Source: Octopus vulgaris (lineage: Eukaryota). Taken from it: a DNA stretch of 64,000 nt. Below the pieces are notes generated by a model that saw nothing but the letters and a program-made list of their open reading frames with translations, searched no databases and was not told the DNA's origin. Positions 11,463 to 24,853 of the stretch are shown here, in pieces (within the stretch, counting starts at the first letter, position 1; every line of letters starts with the position of its first letter). The position numbers were made by a program, and so were the translations under genes. The DNA lies in assembly GCA_951406725.2 (NCBI GenBank), contig OX597841.1, forward strand, positions 14,322,001-14,386,000. The letters run 5' to 3'.

Positions 11463-11714
11463 GGAGGCACATAGCCAAATGGTTAGAGCAGCGGACTCGC
11501 GGTCGGGGAATCGTGGGTTCGAATCACAGACCGGGCGATGTGTTTCTTTATGAGCGAAATACCTAAGCTCCATGCGGCTCCGGCAGAAGGTAATGGCGAA
11601 CTTCTGCTGACTCCTTCGCCACAACTTTCTCTCACTCTTTCCTCCTGCATCTTGCAGCTCACATGCGACGGACTGACATCCCGTCCAGGTGGGGAACCTA
11701 TACGCCACGGAAAC
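11463..11714 (+). mobile_element. tRNA-derived SINE (family C head, alternative 3' part)
   Basis: Head ggaggcacatagccaaatggttagagcagcggactcgcggtcg...gggttcgaatc is shared with 32899; 3' part differs. Confidence 0.8.
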
Positions 11715-12018
11715 ATAATTTAATGTTATCATTTTCAATGTCTGAATATATACCTATGTTGTAATAATCTGTTTTTAAAAGTATTTTCAGTGATTCTTGT
11801 ATAGCTTTTTTTCACTCTCAACTAGCTAAGGAGACTTTAGCAAAAATAAATTGTACATGTAATTCAAAGGGCACACTCTTGTCCCATCCTGTATCAAGCT
11901 GAATCCCCCTGAGAACTATATTAAGGATAGGTATTGTCTGTGGAGTACTCAGCCACTTGCATGTTAACTTCATGAGCAGGCTGTTATGTTGAAGTTGTCA
12001 TAACGGAAAGAGTGCCAG

Positions 12019-12062
<44 letters not shown>

Positions 12063-12555
12063 TATACATACATACACACATACAAGTATGTACACTCCCT
12101 GCTGTGTGTATGTATGTTCATACCTGTGCATACAACTGTGTTCTTCTTTCAGTGCTCAACAACAAATATTTGGATTTCATTTAAACTGGGTGTATTTAAA
12201 AATGATTGTATATGTGAGAAATATATACATGTAAGAGTATATATATGTATATGCATGTGTATATATGTATATGTAAAGGAAGAGTTATAGGTGTGTACAA
12301 GTGCACACATGCACACACACACACACACATATATATATGTATGCATATATACACATATATACATATTGGAATATACATGTGTACATATATATTTGTCTAT
12401 ATATACATATATATATATGCGCATATACATGTACATATGCATATATATACATATACATTCACACAGACATACACATATGTGTGTATATATATATATATGT
12501 TATGTGTGTGTGTATACAAATTTTCATATAGTCCATATAAACTTATGTGCATATG

Positions 12556-12593
<38 letters not shown>

Positions 12594-12604
12594 AAAAGAT
12601 GTGC

Positions 12605-12636
<32 letters not shown>

Positions 12637-13131
12637 GTACATACATATACACCCATATATATACATACAAACATAAAAATGTACAAATATGTGTGTATAT
12701 ATATGTCTGTATATGTGTGTCAATGAGTACATATGTGTATATATATATGTGTATATATATATGTGTATATATATATGTGTGTGTGTGTGTGTTTATATTC
12801 AACATACCTTCATTAAGAAAAATAAATATTTACATATTCACTGCCTTGGGGTGTACAAACCTGTGTGTGTGTGTGTGTGTCTGTGTCTGTGTGTGTGTGT
12901 ACGTATGGCAGGTATGCACACTCAGGTGAGACACTCACACTCTCTCTCACACACACACACACATACACATAAACACACACACATAAGCACACACACACAG
13001 ACACTGACACACTCATGCACACACACACTCACATGTTCTTTCATACACACACATACACACACATTTTCCTAAACATGCACACACAGTCATACACACACAC
13101 ACATACACACACACACATACACACACACACA

Positions 13132-13174
<43 letters not shown>

Positions 13175-13344
13175 CCTGTGACAAATTAACAACTGACCTA
13201 AATAGTTTAAATCTAAGGTGAACTTCTATGTGGTCGACAGAAATAACTAGAAATAACAGCTAAATCGACTTCAAACCACACCATACTGTCTTAAATCAGA
13301 AAAGGACACACTGACAAACATAGTTTAATGTACTTTTCAAAGAC

Positions 13345-13752
13345 AGGATGGTCATGCCTGGAGCAACACTGTGGTTAAATGAAACAAGAAGGAAGGACAC
13401 ATTGGACAATGTAGTCCTAGATACACTATGCCTGAATAAATGATGGGATGGTCACAGACGGACAGTCTTTGTTCATAGGTCTGCTGGACTACAACTGACC
13501 TGGGGTTAAACAATCGCAACAACAAAGAGGAACACATCAGATAATGTAGTCCTAGATACACTATGCCTGAATCAAAGACGGGATGGTCACAGCTGGAACA
13601 TCTTTGATCATAGGTCTACTGGACCAGGACTGACCTGGGGCTAAACAACAACAAGGAAGGACACATCAGATAATGTAGTCCTAGATACACTATGCCAGAA
13701 TAAAAGATGAGATGGTCATGGCTGGAACATTTCTGGTCATAGGTCTACCAGA
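13345..13752 (+). repeat. Diverged tandem array of ~130-bp units (same family as 33718 and 42141)
   Basis: Repeated gataatgtagtcctagatacactatgcc...gatggtca...tttgatcataggtct...gactgacctgggg. Confidence 0.85.
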
Positions 13753-13963
13753 CCTCTGAGAGCGTAGCTGCTTGAATAAGAATACATTTAAAAAAAAAAA
13801 GGGCCTTGGCGGGGTCGATTCATTCAACTAAAAATTCTTCAAGGCAGTGCCCCAGCATGGCCACAGTGTAATGACTGAGACAAATTAAAGAGAAAAGAAA
13901 ACTTCCTCCAGGGCCGACTTAGCCTTCCACCCTTTCAGTGGGGTTCGATAAAAAAAGCAATGT

Positions 13964-14375
13964 AGGAGTGGCTGTGTGGTAAGTAGCTTGCTAACCAACC
14001 ACATGGTTCTGGGTTCAGTCCCACTGCAGGCACCTTGGGCAAGTGTCTTCTGCTATAGCCCTGGGCCGACCAAAGCCTTGTAAGTGGATTTGGTAGACGG
14101 AAACTGAAAGAAGCCTGTCGTATATATATCTATATGTATGTATGTGTGTGCGTGTGTGTTTGTGTATCTGTGTTTGTCCGCCTAGCATTGCTTGACAACC
14201 GACGCTGGTGTGTTTACGTCCCCGTAACTTAGCGGTTCGGTCGGCTAAAGAGACCGATAAAATAATAAGTACTAGGCTTACAAAAAAGAATAAGTCCCGG
14301 GGTCGATTTGATCGACTAAAGAGGCAGTGCTCCAGCATGGCCGCAGTCAAATGACTGAAACAAGTAAAAGAGAAA
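13964..14375 (+). mobile_element. SINE family A
   Basis: Direct similarity. Confidence 0.9.
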
Positions 14376-14512
14376 GTAGATGAGTAAAAAGAGTTAAGTA
14401 CTGGGGGTGGGTGGGGGGGGTCGATGTAATCAGCTTAGCTCCCCCCCCCCCCACCGCCCCCAGCTCACGAAATATTGCTGATCTTGTGTCAAGATTTGAA
14501 ACCCGTTCTTAC

Positions 14513-14579
14513 GGAGAACCACAGAAGTTGGTGAAGGAAGTCTGGGTGTTGCAGTGTTTGCTGAAGAATCGTCTGCCAT
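14513..14579 (-). CDS. Possible first coding exon of an unknown gene (MADDSSANTATPRLPSPTSVVL)
   Basis: Unique-sequence island; ATG followed by an open frame to a donor-like CC|GTAAGA; no recognised homology. Confidence 0.25.
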
Positions 14580-14685
14580 ATATTTGCAAAGAATCTCTTG
14601 TGTCAATGACTTCTGTGATCCAGCCTCCTCCCAGACCTCCTCCTCCTCCTCCCGTTCGTTCGTTCGTCTCACCATCCTTTTTTTC

Positions 14686-14996
14686 ACTCTCTCTCTCTCT
14701 CTCTTTCCATCACACTCTCTCTGTCTCTCTCTCTGTCTCTCTGTCTGTCTCTCTCTCCCTCTTTCCATCACACTCTCTCTGTCTGTCTCTCTCTCTGTCT
14801 CTCTCTCCCTCTTTCCATCACACTCTCTCTGTCTCTCTCTCTCTTTCTATCACACTCTCTCTGTCTCTCTCTGTCTCTCTGTCTCTCTCTCTCTCTCTGT
14901 CTCTCTCTCCCTCTTTCCATCACACTCTCTCTGTCTCTCTCTCTCCCTCTTTCTATCACACTCTCTCTGTCTCTCTGTCTCTCTCTTTCCATCACA

Positions 14997-15038
<42 letters not shown>

Positions 15039-15082
15039 CTCTCCATGATTTGTTTCACTGGTTGACATAATGAGAGAAACAG

Positions 15083-15114
<32 letters not shown>

Positions 15115-15379
15115 GTAGCAGCCTACCAATGCCCCCCTCCTCCAACCTTGCTGCCCCAATCTTTCTCTTTAGTGCGTTACATAACACACACACACACACT
15201 CCCTTTCTCTCTCTCTCTCTCTCTCTCTCATTCTCCTTTGCACTCTTTGTTTCTGTCTCTCACTTCGCTTTTTCCGTTTCTCTGTCTTTTAATAAATTCC
15301 ACTGCACTCTCTCTCTCTCTCTCTCTCTCTCATTCTCTCTCTCACTTTTTGTGTGTCTCTCGTTCTATCTATCTATCTG

Positions 15380-15418
<39 letters not shown>

Positions 15419-16115
15419 CTATCTATCCGTCTGTCTGTCTATCTGCCTGTCTGTCTTTCTCTCTCTCTCTCCCCCCTCTCTCTCTCTCTCTCTGTCTCTC
15501 TCCATCTCTGTCTCTCTCCATCTCTGTCTCTCTCTCTCTCTCTCTCTCTGCCTATCACACTGTTGCTCTTTCATCATCGCTTTATCTCTCTCCCTTTTTA
15601 ATACAATTACACAATCCTGTCTGTCTGTCTCTCTCTCTCATCCTCTCCTTCTCTCTCTCTCATCCTCTCCTTCTCTCTCTCTCATCCTCTCATCCTCTCT
15701 CTCTCTCATTCACTCTCTCTCTCTCTCTCTCTCCCTCCTACTCTATCGATCGATCGATCGATCGATCTTACCGTTGCTCTTTCATTTCTTTTCTTTCTCG
15801 CTTTTGTAAAGTTTCACATCACTCTCTTTCTCTCTCTTTCTCTTACTCTATCATGCTCTCACGCTTTCTCTGTCTCTCTGTTTCTTTGTCTATCTGTCTC
15901 TCTGTCTCTGTCTTTCTCTCTCTCTCCCCCTCTCTCTCTCTCTGTCTCTCTCTTGTCTCTCTCTCTCTCTGTCTCTCTCTCTGTCACTCTCTCTCTCTCT
16001 CTGTCTCATTCTCTCTCTCTCTCTGTCTCTCACTCTCTCTGTCTCTTTCTCTGTCTCTCTCTCTGTCTCACTCTCTCTCTCTGTCTCTCTCTCTGTGCGT
16101 CTCTCTCTCCATGTC

Positions 16116-16151
<36 letters not shown>

Positions 16152-16336
16152 ATATCGTTGTCTCTTCTTCGTTAGCTTTCTTTGTCTCTCTCTACCTTTC
16201 ATTTCTCCCCTCTCTCTCTCTTGCTTTCTATAACTCTTTCCCTCTCTCTCTTTCTCTAATTCCTCATGTCTGTATGTCTGTCTGTCCGTCTCCCCCCTCT
16301 CTCTCTCTCTCTCTCTGTTACTCGCTCACTTTCTCT

Positions 16337-16368
<32 letters not shown>

Positions 16369-16440
16369 CTTAACTCTCTATGCATCTCTCTCTTCCTCTC
16401 CTACCTTCTCTTCTCCTCCCCCCACCCTCTCTCTTTTTGT
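14686..16440. repeat. ~1.75-kb (CT)n-rich polypyrimidine tract with a ttccatcacactctct subrepeat
   Basis: Direct reading. Confidence 0.95.
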
Positions 16441-16719
16441 TCTACTTTGTGTGTCATCTTCAAACGATGATCAAAGATCAAGTTACTCTGTGTGTGCGTG
16501 TGTGTGTGTGTGTGTTTCTGTGTGAGTGTGTGTGTGTGTGTGTGTTTCTCTCTCTCTCTGTGTGTGTGTGTGTATGTGTGTATGTTTGTATATATATATA
16601 TATATATAAGTAATAACAAAGGGTAAAATTAATTAATTAAGAAGTAATCAATAATTTCACCAAGTAGAGTTCAGCATGAAAAAAAGGACCATTTTATGGT
16701 AAACTTAAGTAAAGTGTAT

Positions 16720-17125
16720 ATATATGTATGTATGTATGTATATATGCTTGCATGTATGTATGCATGTATGTATGTATGTATGTTATGAATGTATGTATGT
16801 ATGCATGTGTGTATGAATGTATGTATGCATGTATGTATGAATGTATATATGTATGCATGTATGTATGTATGTATGTATGTATGTATACATGTATGTATTT
16901 ATGTATGTATGTATGTATGTATGTATGTGTGTATGTATGTATGTGTGTATGTATGTATGTATGTATGTGTGTATGTATGTATGTATGTATGTATACATGT
17001 ATGTATTTATGTGTGTATGTATGTATGTATGTGTGTATGCACGTATGTGTGTATGTATGTATGAATATATGTATGTATGTATGTATGTATGTTTGTATGT
17101 ATGTATGTGTGTGTGTGTATGTATG

Positions 17126-17159
<34 letters not shown>

Positions 17160-17298
17160 TGTATGTATGTATGTGTGTGTGTGTATGTGTGTGTGTGTAT
17201 GTATGTATGTATGTATGTATGTATGTATGTATGTATGTATGTATGTGTGTGTGTATGTATGTATGTATGTATGTATGTATGTATGTATGTATGTATGT
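16720..17298. repeat. (TATG)n microsatellite
   Basis: Direct reading. Confidence 0.95.
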
Positions 17299-17430
17299 GT
17301 AGTGTGTAGCGCTGCCCATGCTTGGCCACACCCAGGCTCAAATCAGTAAATATAGCAATATATATATAGGTATGTATATGCATACATAGGTGTAATATAT
17401 ATATACATACATACATACATATATACATAT

Positions 17431-17639
17431 ACTCTTTTACTCTTTTACTTGTTTCAGTCATTTGACTGTGGCCATGCTGGAGCACCGCTTTTAGTAGAGC
17501 AAATCGACCCCAGGACTTATTCTTTATATTGGTCTCTTTTGGTCTCTTTTGGCGAACCGCTAAGTTACAGGGATGTAAACTCACCAGCATTGGTTGTCAA
17601 GCTATGTTGGGGGACAAACACACACACACACACACACAT

Positions 17640-17684
<45 letters not shown>

Positions 17685-17841
17685 CAATGAGTTTCTTTCA
17701 TGTCTACCAAATCCATTCACAAGGCTTTGGTCAGCCTGAGGCTATAGCAGAAAATACATGCCCAAGGTGCCATGCAGTGGGACTGAACCTGGAACCATGT
17801 GGTTTGTAAGGAAGCTACTTACCACACATCCACTCCTACTT
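17431..17841 (-). mobile_element. SINE family A flanked by an inverted duplication
   Basis: Direct similarity; flanks 17297-17389 and 17842-17934 are reverse complements. Confidence 0.88.
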
Positions 17842-17932
17842 CTATGTGTGCATATACATACCTATATATATATCGCTATATTTACTGATTTGAGCCTGGG
17901 TGTGGCCAAGCATGGGCATCGCTATATACTAC

Positions 17933-17967
<35 letters not shown>

Positions 17968-17977
17968 CACTTATATA

Positions 17978-18363
17978 TAACCAACCACATGGTTCCGGGT
18001 TCAGTCCCACTGCGTGGCATCTTGGGCAAGTGTCTTCTGCTATAGCCCCGTCCAACCAATGCCTTGTGAGTGGATTTGGTAGATGGAAACTGAAAGAAGC
18101 CTGTTGTATATATGTATATATATATATATATGTCTGTGTGTGTGTGTGTGTGTGTCTGTGTTTGTCCCCCTAGCATTGTTTGACAACCGATGCTGGTGTG
18201 TTTATGTCCCCGTCACTTAGCGGTTCGGCAAAAAGAGACCGATAGAATAAGTACTGGGCTTACAAAGAATAAGTCCCGGGGTCGAGTTGCTCGACTAAAG
18301 GCGGTGCTCCAGAATGGCCGCAGTCAAATGACTGAAACAAGTATAAGAGTAAAAGAGTAAAAG
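17978..18363 (+). mobile_element. SINE family A, 5'-truncated
   Basis: Direct similarity. Confidence 0.9.
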
Positions 18364-18540
18364 ATATATATGTATGTATATATGTGTATATATTCTTTTT
18401 TGGAACATTGGATCTTGAAGCACATGATATAAAGCTATAAATAAAAGCAAGTAGTTACTGGCTTGCAAAACCATTCTTGGATTGAAAATTTCAAATGGTC
18501 CTCATGGGATTTGAACTCACGGCTCCTGTAACCATACCAT

Positions 18541-18571
<31 letters not shown>

Positions 18572-18572
<1 letters not shown>

Positions 18573-18854
18573 TCTTTATTCTTTTACTTGTTTCAGTCAT
18601 TTGACTGCAGCCATGCTGGAGCATCGACTTTAGTTGAACAAATCGACCCCTGGACTTATTCTTTGTAATCCTAGTACTTATTCTATCGGTCTTTTTGGCC
18701 GAACTGCTAAGTTACGGGGATGCAAACACACCAGCATCGGTTGTCAAGCGATGGTGGGAGGGACAAACACACACACACTCACACACACACATGCGCACAC
18801 ACATGCGCACACACAAACACACACACACTCACACACACACATGCGCACACACAT

Positions 18855-18885
<31 letters not shown>

Positions 18886-19240
18886 TGCGCACACACAAAC
18901 ACACACACACACACACACGCACACAAACACACACACACGCATGCATGCACACAAAAACGCACACACACAAACGCACACAAACACACAAACACACACACAC
19001 ACACGCACGCACGCACACAAACACACACACACACACAAACACGCACACACACAAACACACACACACACACACACACGCACACATACGACAGGCTTCTTTT
19101 CAGTTTCCATTTACCAAATCCACTCACAAGCCTTTAGTCGGCCCGAGGCTATAGTAGAAGACACTCGCCCAAGGTGCCATGCAGTGGGACTGAACCCGGA
19201 ACCATGTGGTTGGTAAGCAAGCTACTTACCACACAGCCAT
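18572..19240 (-). mobile_element. SINE family A with internal CA tract expanded to ~320 bp
   Basis: Both SINE halves intact around 18765-19085. Confidence 0.88.
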
Positions 19241-19243
19241 TAT

Positions 19244-19280
<37 letters not shown>

Positions 19281-19845
19281 GGAATGAGCAGATGTGAGAC
19301 AGAATAGGAGGTTTCGTTCCGGAGCAGGTGACCCCATTAAAGTGGAATGTAGGGTGAAGTGAGGTGATGGATTTGTTTATTCAACATACATAACACAAGG
19401 GGGGTGGCGGGTAGGTGGAAGGTTGGGGGAGGGGTGGTGCTGTTTTGTCTTCACTGATTGGTGGGATATCTCTCCACCCCCCACCCGTTCCCTTCGCCCC
19501 CCCCACACCCACACACTACCCCCCCCCGCTGTGTACATCTACCCCCAACCACCACCACCACCACCACCCGTCGTCGTCATCGTGTGGTGCATATGGGTGT
19601 GACAGTGTGCCAGCTGCCTGGTCCTACCCAGATAGGAAGGAGGGGCTCCGCTAGGGGCACGTGGATGCATGCGACAGCACGCGTGTGCTGCCTGGGGGTG
19701 TGCAGGAGAGTGTGTGTGGGTGTGTGGGTGCGTGCGTGTATGTGTGTATGTGTGATCTTGTGCATTTAGGGGTTATGTGTATAAGGGTAAGTGTATATGT
19801 GTGTGTATATATATATATATATATGCATGTATATATATAAGCATA

Positions 19846-20268
19846 GGCGCAGGAGTGGCTGTGTGGTAAGTAGCTTGTTTACCAACCACATGGTTCCGGG
19901 TTCAGTCCCACTGCATGGCACCTTGGGCAAGTGTCTTCTACTATAGCCTCAGGCTGACCAAAGCCTTGTGAGTGGATTTGGTAGACGGAAATTGAAAAAA
20001 GCCTGTCGTATATATGTATCTATGTATGTATTTGTGTATGTTTGTGTGTTTTTGTGTGTTTGTCCCCCTAGCATTGCTTGACAACCGATGCTGGTGTGTT
20101 TATGTCCCCCGTCACTTAGCGGTTCGGCAAAAAGAGACCGATAGAATAAGTACTGGGCTTACAAAAAGAATAAGTCCCGGGGTTGAGTTGCTCGATTAAA
20201 GGTGTTGCTCCAGCATGGCCGCAGTCAAATGACTGAAACAAGTAAAAGAGTAAAGAGAGTAAAAGAGT
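19846..20268 (+). mobile_element. SINE family A, full length
   Basis: Direct similarity. Confidence 0.92.
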
Positions 20269-20322
20269 ATGGGCATATATACACATACATACATGCTTCC
20301 ATATATATGTGCATGTATGTGC

Positions 20323-20397
<75 letters not shown>

Positions 20398-20403
20398 GAA
20401 GAG

Positions 20404-20438
<35 letters not shown>

Positions 20439-20766
20439 GGCAGAAGTGTGGCTGTATGGTAAGTAGCTTGCTTATGAACCACATGGTTCCGGGTTCAGTC
20501 CCACTGCTTGGCACCTTGGGCAAATGTCTTCTACTATAGCCTTGGGCCGACCAAAGCCTTGTGAGTGGATTTGGTAGACGGAAACTGAAAGAAGCCTGCC
20601 ATACACACACACATCCACCTCCACATATATATGTCTGTGTGTGACCATGTGATGTATATAGTGTGGTGGTACACTACAGGGCTTGGCCCTCGATGAAACC
20701 CTGAGGTAGAAAATGTAGAAACAATATTTGTGGTTCTATGTTATCGAATGCGACTCTTCCTCTCAA

Positions 20767-21093
20767 ATAGCAGAAAGCCACCTCTTTTGGTTCCACACCT
20801 TCTCCCAGCTGAGAGCTTTTTATCTCACAAATTACTTGGCAACCTCACAAGTGCTGGTGCCATGGACAAAGCACCAAGTAAACTCTGCAAAGTTGTTGGT
20901 GTTAGGAAGGGCATCCAGCTGTGGAAGCCATAGCAGAAAGCCACCTCTTTTGGTCCCACTCCTCTCCCAGCTGAGAGCTTTTTATCTCACAAATTACTTG
21001 GCAACATCACAAGTGCTGGTGCCATGGACAAAGCACCAAGTAAACTCTGCAAAGTTGTTGGTGTTAGGAAGGGCATCCAGCTGTGGAAGCCAT
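20767..21093 (+). repeat. Tandem duplication of ~163 bp including old RTE 3' sequence
   Basis: atagcagaaagccacctc...gtggaagcc at 20767 and 20930. Confidence 0.92.
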
Positions 21094-21376
21094 GCCAAGA
21101 CCAGGGTCAGGGCCAGGTGCCATACCTGGTTCCATTGTCTGTTTTGTTCTAGTTTCTGCAACTGGAAGCCCTTCCTAATGCCAACCACTTAACAGAGTAT
21201 GCTGGGTGCTTTTATGTATTTAAATGTTAGAAGTGATGAAGATGGAGCTGAACTGTGAAGGGCTCCACATGTTTTAAAACATCAAATAGCTGTGAAGGGC
21301 TCCACCAAAATAAAATATTAATCAAAGGGATCCAAAGATAACAAGAAATTCGGTAACAAAATAGTTAAACAATATA

Positions 21377-21783
21377 CTCTCTCTTTTTTTACTCTTTTTA
21401 CTTGTTTCAGTCATTTGACTGCGGCCATGCTGGAGCACCGCCTTTAGTCGAGCTAATCGACTCCGGGACTTATTCTTTGTAAGCCCAGTACTTATTCTAT
21501 CGGTCTCTTTTGCCGAACCGCTAAGTGACGGGGACGTAAACACATCAGCATCGGTTGTCAAGCAATGCTAGGGGGACAAACACAGACACACAAACATATA
21601 CACACACATATATATATACACGACGGGCTTCTTTCACTTTCCGTCTACCAAATTCACTCACAAGGCTTTGGTTGGCATGAAGCTATAGCAGAAGACACTT
21701 GCCCAAGGTGCCATGCAGTGCGACTGAACCCGGAACCATGTGGTTGGTAAACAAGCTCCTTACCACACAGCCACTCCTGCGCC
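21377..21783 (-). mobile_element. SINE family A, full length
   Basis: Direct similarity. Confidence 0.92.
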
Positions 21784-21846
21784 ATGTTTATTTATGTTCC
21801 AAACACCAGATTCACCATGACAAAGACATTTCGCAAAATTCTTCAG

Positions 21847-22005
21847 AGTGGCTGTGTGGTAAGTAGCTTGCTTACCAACCACATGGTTCTGGGTTCAGTC
21901 CCACTGCGTGGTACCTTGGGTAAGTGTCTTCTACGATAGCCTCAGTCCAACCAAAGCCTTGTGAGTGGATTTGGTAGACGGAAACTGAAAGAAGCCTGTC
22001 GTATA

Positions 22006-22049
<44 letters not shown>

Positions 22050-22262
22050 TGTGTGTGTGTCTGTGTTTGTCCCCCCAACATTGCTTGACAACCGAAGTTG
22101 GTGTATTTATGTCCCCGTAACTTAGCAGTTCAGCAAAAGAGACTGATAGAATAGGTACTAGGCTTACAAAGATTAAGTCTTGGGGGTTGATTTGCTGGAC
22201 TAAAAGCGGTGCTCCAGCATGGCCACAATCAAAGGACTGAAACAAGTAAAAGAGTAAAAGAG
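21847..22262 (+). mobile_element. SINE family A
   Basis: Direct similarity; head-to-head with the previous copy. Confidence 0.9.
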
Positions 22263-22485
22263 ATTTGTTAAGAAACAGTAGGGGAGGTGGTCATGGCAGT
22301 TTTGGTGACAAAAGTGGCATTGGTGGTAGCTCTGGCAGTGGTGGCGGTGGTGGTGGTGGTGTTAGTGGTGGTGGCCATAGTTTTGTTGGAAGGATTCCTT
22401 TGTCTACCAAGAAGACAGAAAATAGACTCCAGTTCCACACATTGGTTTGTGGAAACAAAGAACAGTCAACAGCTGGTATGGTCTG

Positions 22486-22516
<31 letters not shown>

Positions 22517-22624
22517 TAGTAGTAGTAGTAGTAGTAGTAGCAGTAGTATATAGCATCTACTAATAATATTTTCCCCACCACCACTATCACCACCACCATT
22601 ACTACTACTACTACTACTGCTGCG

Positions 22625-22691
<67 letters not shown>

Positions 22692-23038
22692 GGTGGTCTC
22701 TACTAGCTCTTTGTTACTCAACTTGACTGTTGTTGTTATTGTCGGTGTCATTTAGCCACAGGTCGGTCCTGAAACCAGCAAGACCTTTTCCCAACGGTTC
22801 AATCATCATCATCATCATCATCACCATCATCATCACCACCGTCAACATCGTCATCATCATCGTCAACATCGTCATCATCATCATCATCATCATCGTAGTT
22901 GTCATCACCATCATCTCCATCATCACCATCATCTCCATCATCATCACCATCATCATCATCATCATCACCATCGTCATCATCACCATCACCATCATCATCA
23001 TCGTCATCATCACCACCACCACCACCACCACCACCACC

Positions 23039-23086
<48 letters not shown>

Positions 23087-23507
23087 GTCATCATCATCAT
23101 CGTCATCATCATCACCGTCATCATCGTCGTGGTCATCATACCAGCATCTTCGGTCAGGTGGATGAGCTGCATAAAAGATGACCTGTTTAGAGGACAACAA
23201 ACTTCGTTTCTAATGATGATGACGATGATGATGACAACTACTGCTGCTGCTGCTGGTGGTGACGGTGATGGTGATAGCAGGGTACCATTCAATCGTAAGT
23301 CTACCGGATTAGAGACTGGCCCAGGGTTAAACAACAACAGCAACAACAGCAGCCTCATTGGGTAACAAAGTAACAAAGAGCTAGTAGACACAGCGCAGCA
23401 GCAGCAGCAGCAGTAGCAGTGGTAGTAGCAGCAGTAGCAGTAGTAGCAGTAGCAGTAGTAGTAGTAGTAGTAGAGGTGGTGGTGGTGGTAGTAGTAGTAG
23501 TAGTAGC

Positions 23508-23558
<51 letters not shown>

Positions 23559-23592
23559 GGTAGTAGTAGTAGTAGTAGTAGTAGTTGTGGTG

Positions 23593-23651
<59 letters not shown>

Positions 23652-23765
23652 GGTAGTAGTAGTAGTAGTAATAGTAGTTGTGGTGGTGGTGGTGGTAGTA
23701 GTAGTAGTAGTAGCAGTAGTAGTAGTAGTAGAGGTGGTGGTGGTGGTAGTAGTAGTAGTAGTAGC

Positions 23766-23813
<48 letters not shown>

Positions 23814-24015
23814 GGTGGTAGTAGTAGTAGTAGTAGTATTAGCAGTAGCAGTAGTAGTGGTGGTGGTAGTGGTAGTAGTAGTAGTAGTAATAGTAGTTGT
23901 GGTGGTGGTGGTAGTAGTAGTAGTAGTAGTATTAGCAGTAGCAGTAGTAGTGGTGGTGGTAGTGGTAGTAGTAGTAGTAGTAATAGTAGTTGTGGTGGTG
24001 GTGGCGGTGGTAGTA
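22486..24015. repeat. Trinucleotide arrays (GTA)n, (TAC)n, (ATC/ACC)n, (GTA/GTG)n
   Basis: Direct reading. Confidence 0.95.
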
Positions 24016-24515
24016 AACTAGTGAACTAAAGACACTCCATAAAAACCGTTTCTTTGTCTATCGACATCTCTTGACGGCGGCGGCGGAGGCGGCGGTGACG
24101 ATGTCTGTGTGTTTGTGTCTGTGTGTGCGAGTACTAAGTCTGTGGTAACGGTAAGTACCAGGAGCTGACTTAGTTGACTATTCGCCGACGCCGCCGCCGT
24201 CGCCGTCGCCGTCACACATTCCAGAACGCCTCCCTCCCCCTCCTCCAAACGATTCACCCCCACTCCCACCCCCTTATCCCCACGCCCCCAGCCTCCTCCA
24301 CCCCTCCGTCTACTCACAGCTGACGACGAATCCGTTTCACACACACACACACACATACATAAGCACATACATATATACATACATACACATACAAACTTAC
24401 ATGCACACAAAGACGCATATACGCACACACATACACACACATACATACACATACGTACACATACGTACACAAACACTCACATACATTAATACATACACAC
24501 ACACATACAAACATA

Positions 24516-24568
<53 letters not shown>

Positions 24569-24807
24569 GGTGACCCATCAACCTTTGGACGTCTCCTCCC
24601 CTTCTCCCCTCCTCCCTTCCGCCGCCGCCGCCGCAGTCCCTGTGTCGCCGCCCGTCCGTCTGTTCGTCCGTCCGTCCGTCCGTCTGTCTGTCTGTCTGTG
24701 TGTCACCTCCTTTCCTGATCTCTTTGTCTACTAAAAGACTTTCAGAACCAACCGATTCCTTTGTTTGAATACCAGTTGCTTTCTCTATCTCTCAGTTGCT
24801 GCTGCTG

Positions 24808-24853
<46 letters not shown>

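Noticed and set aside
20686-20735. Hammerhead-like tcgatgaaacc-ctga-ggtagaaa
   Set aside because: Core altered and stems I and III cannot be formed convincingly
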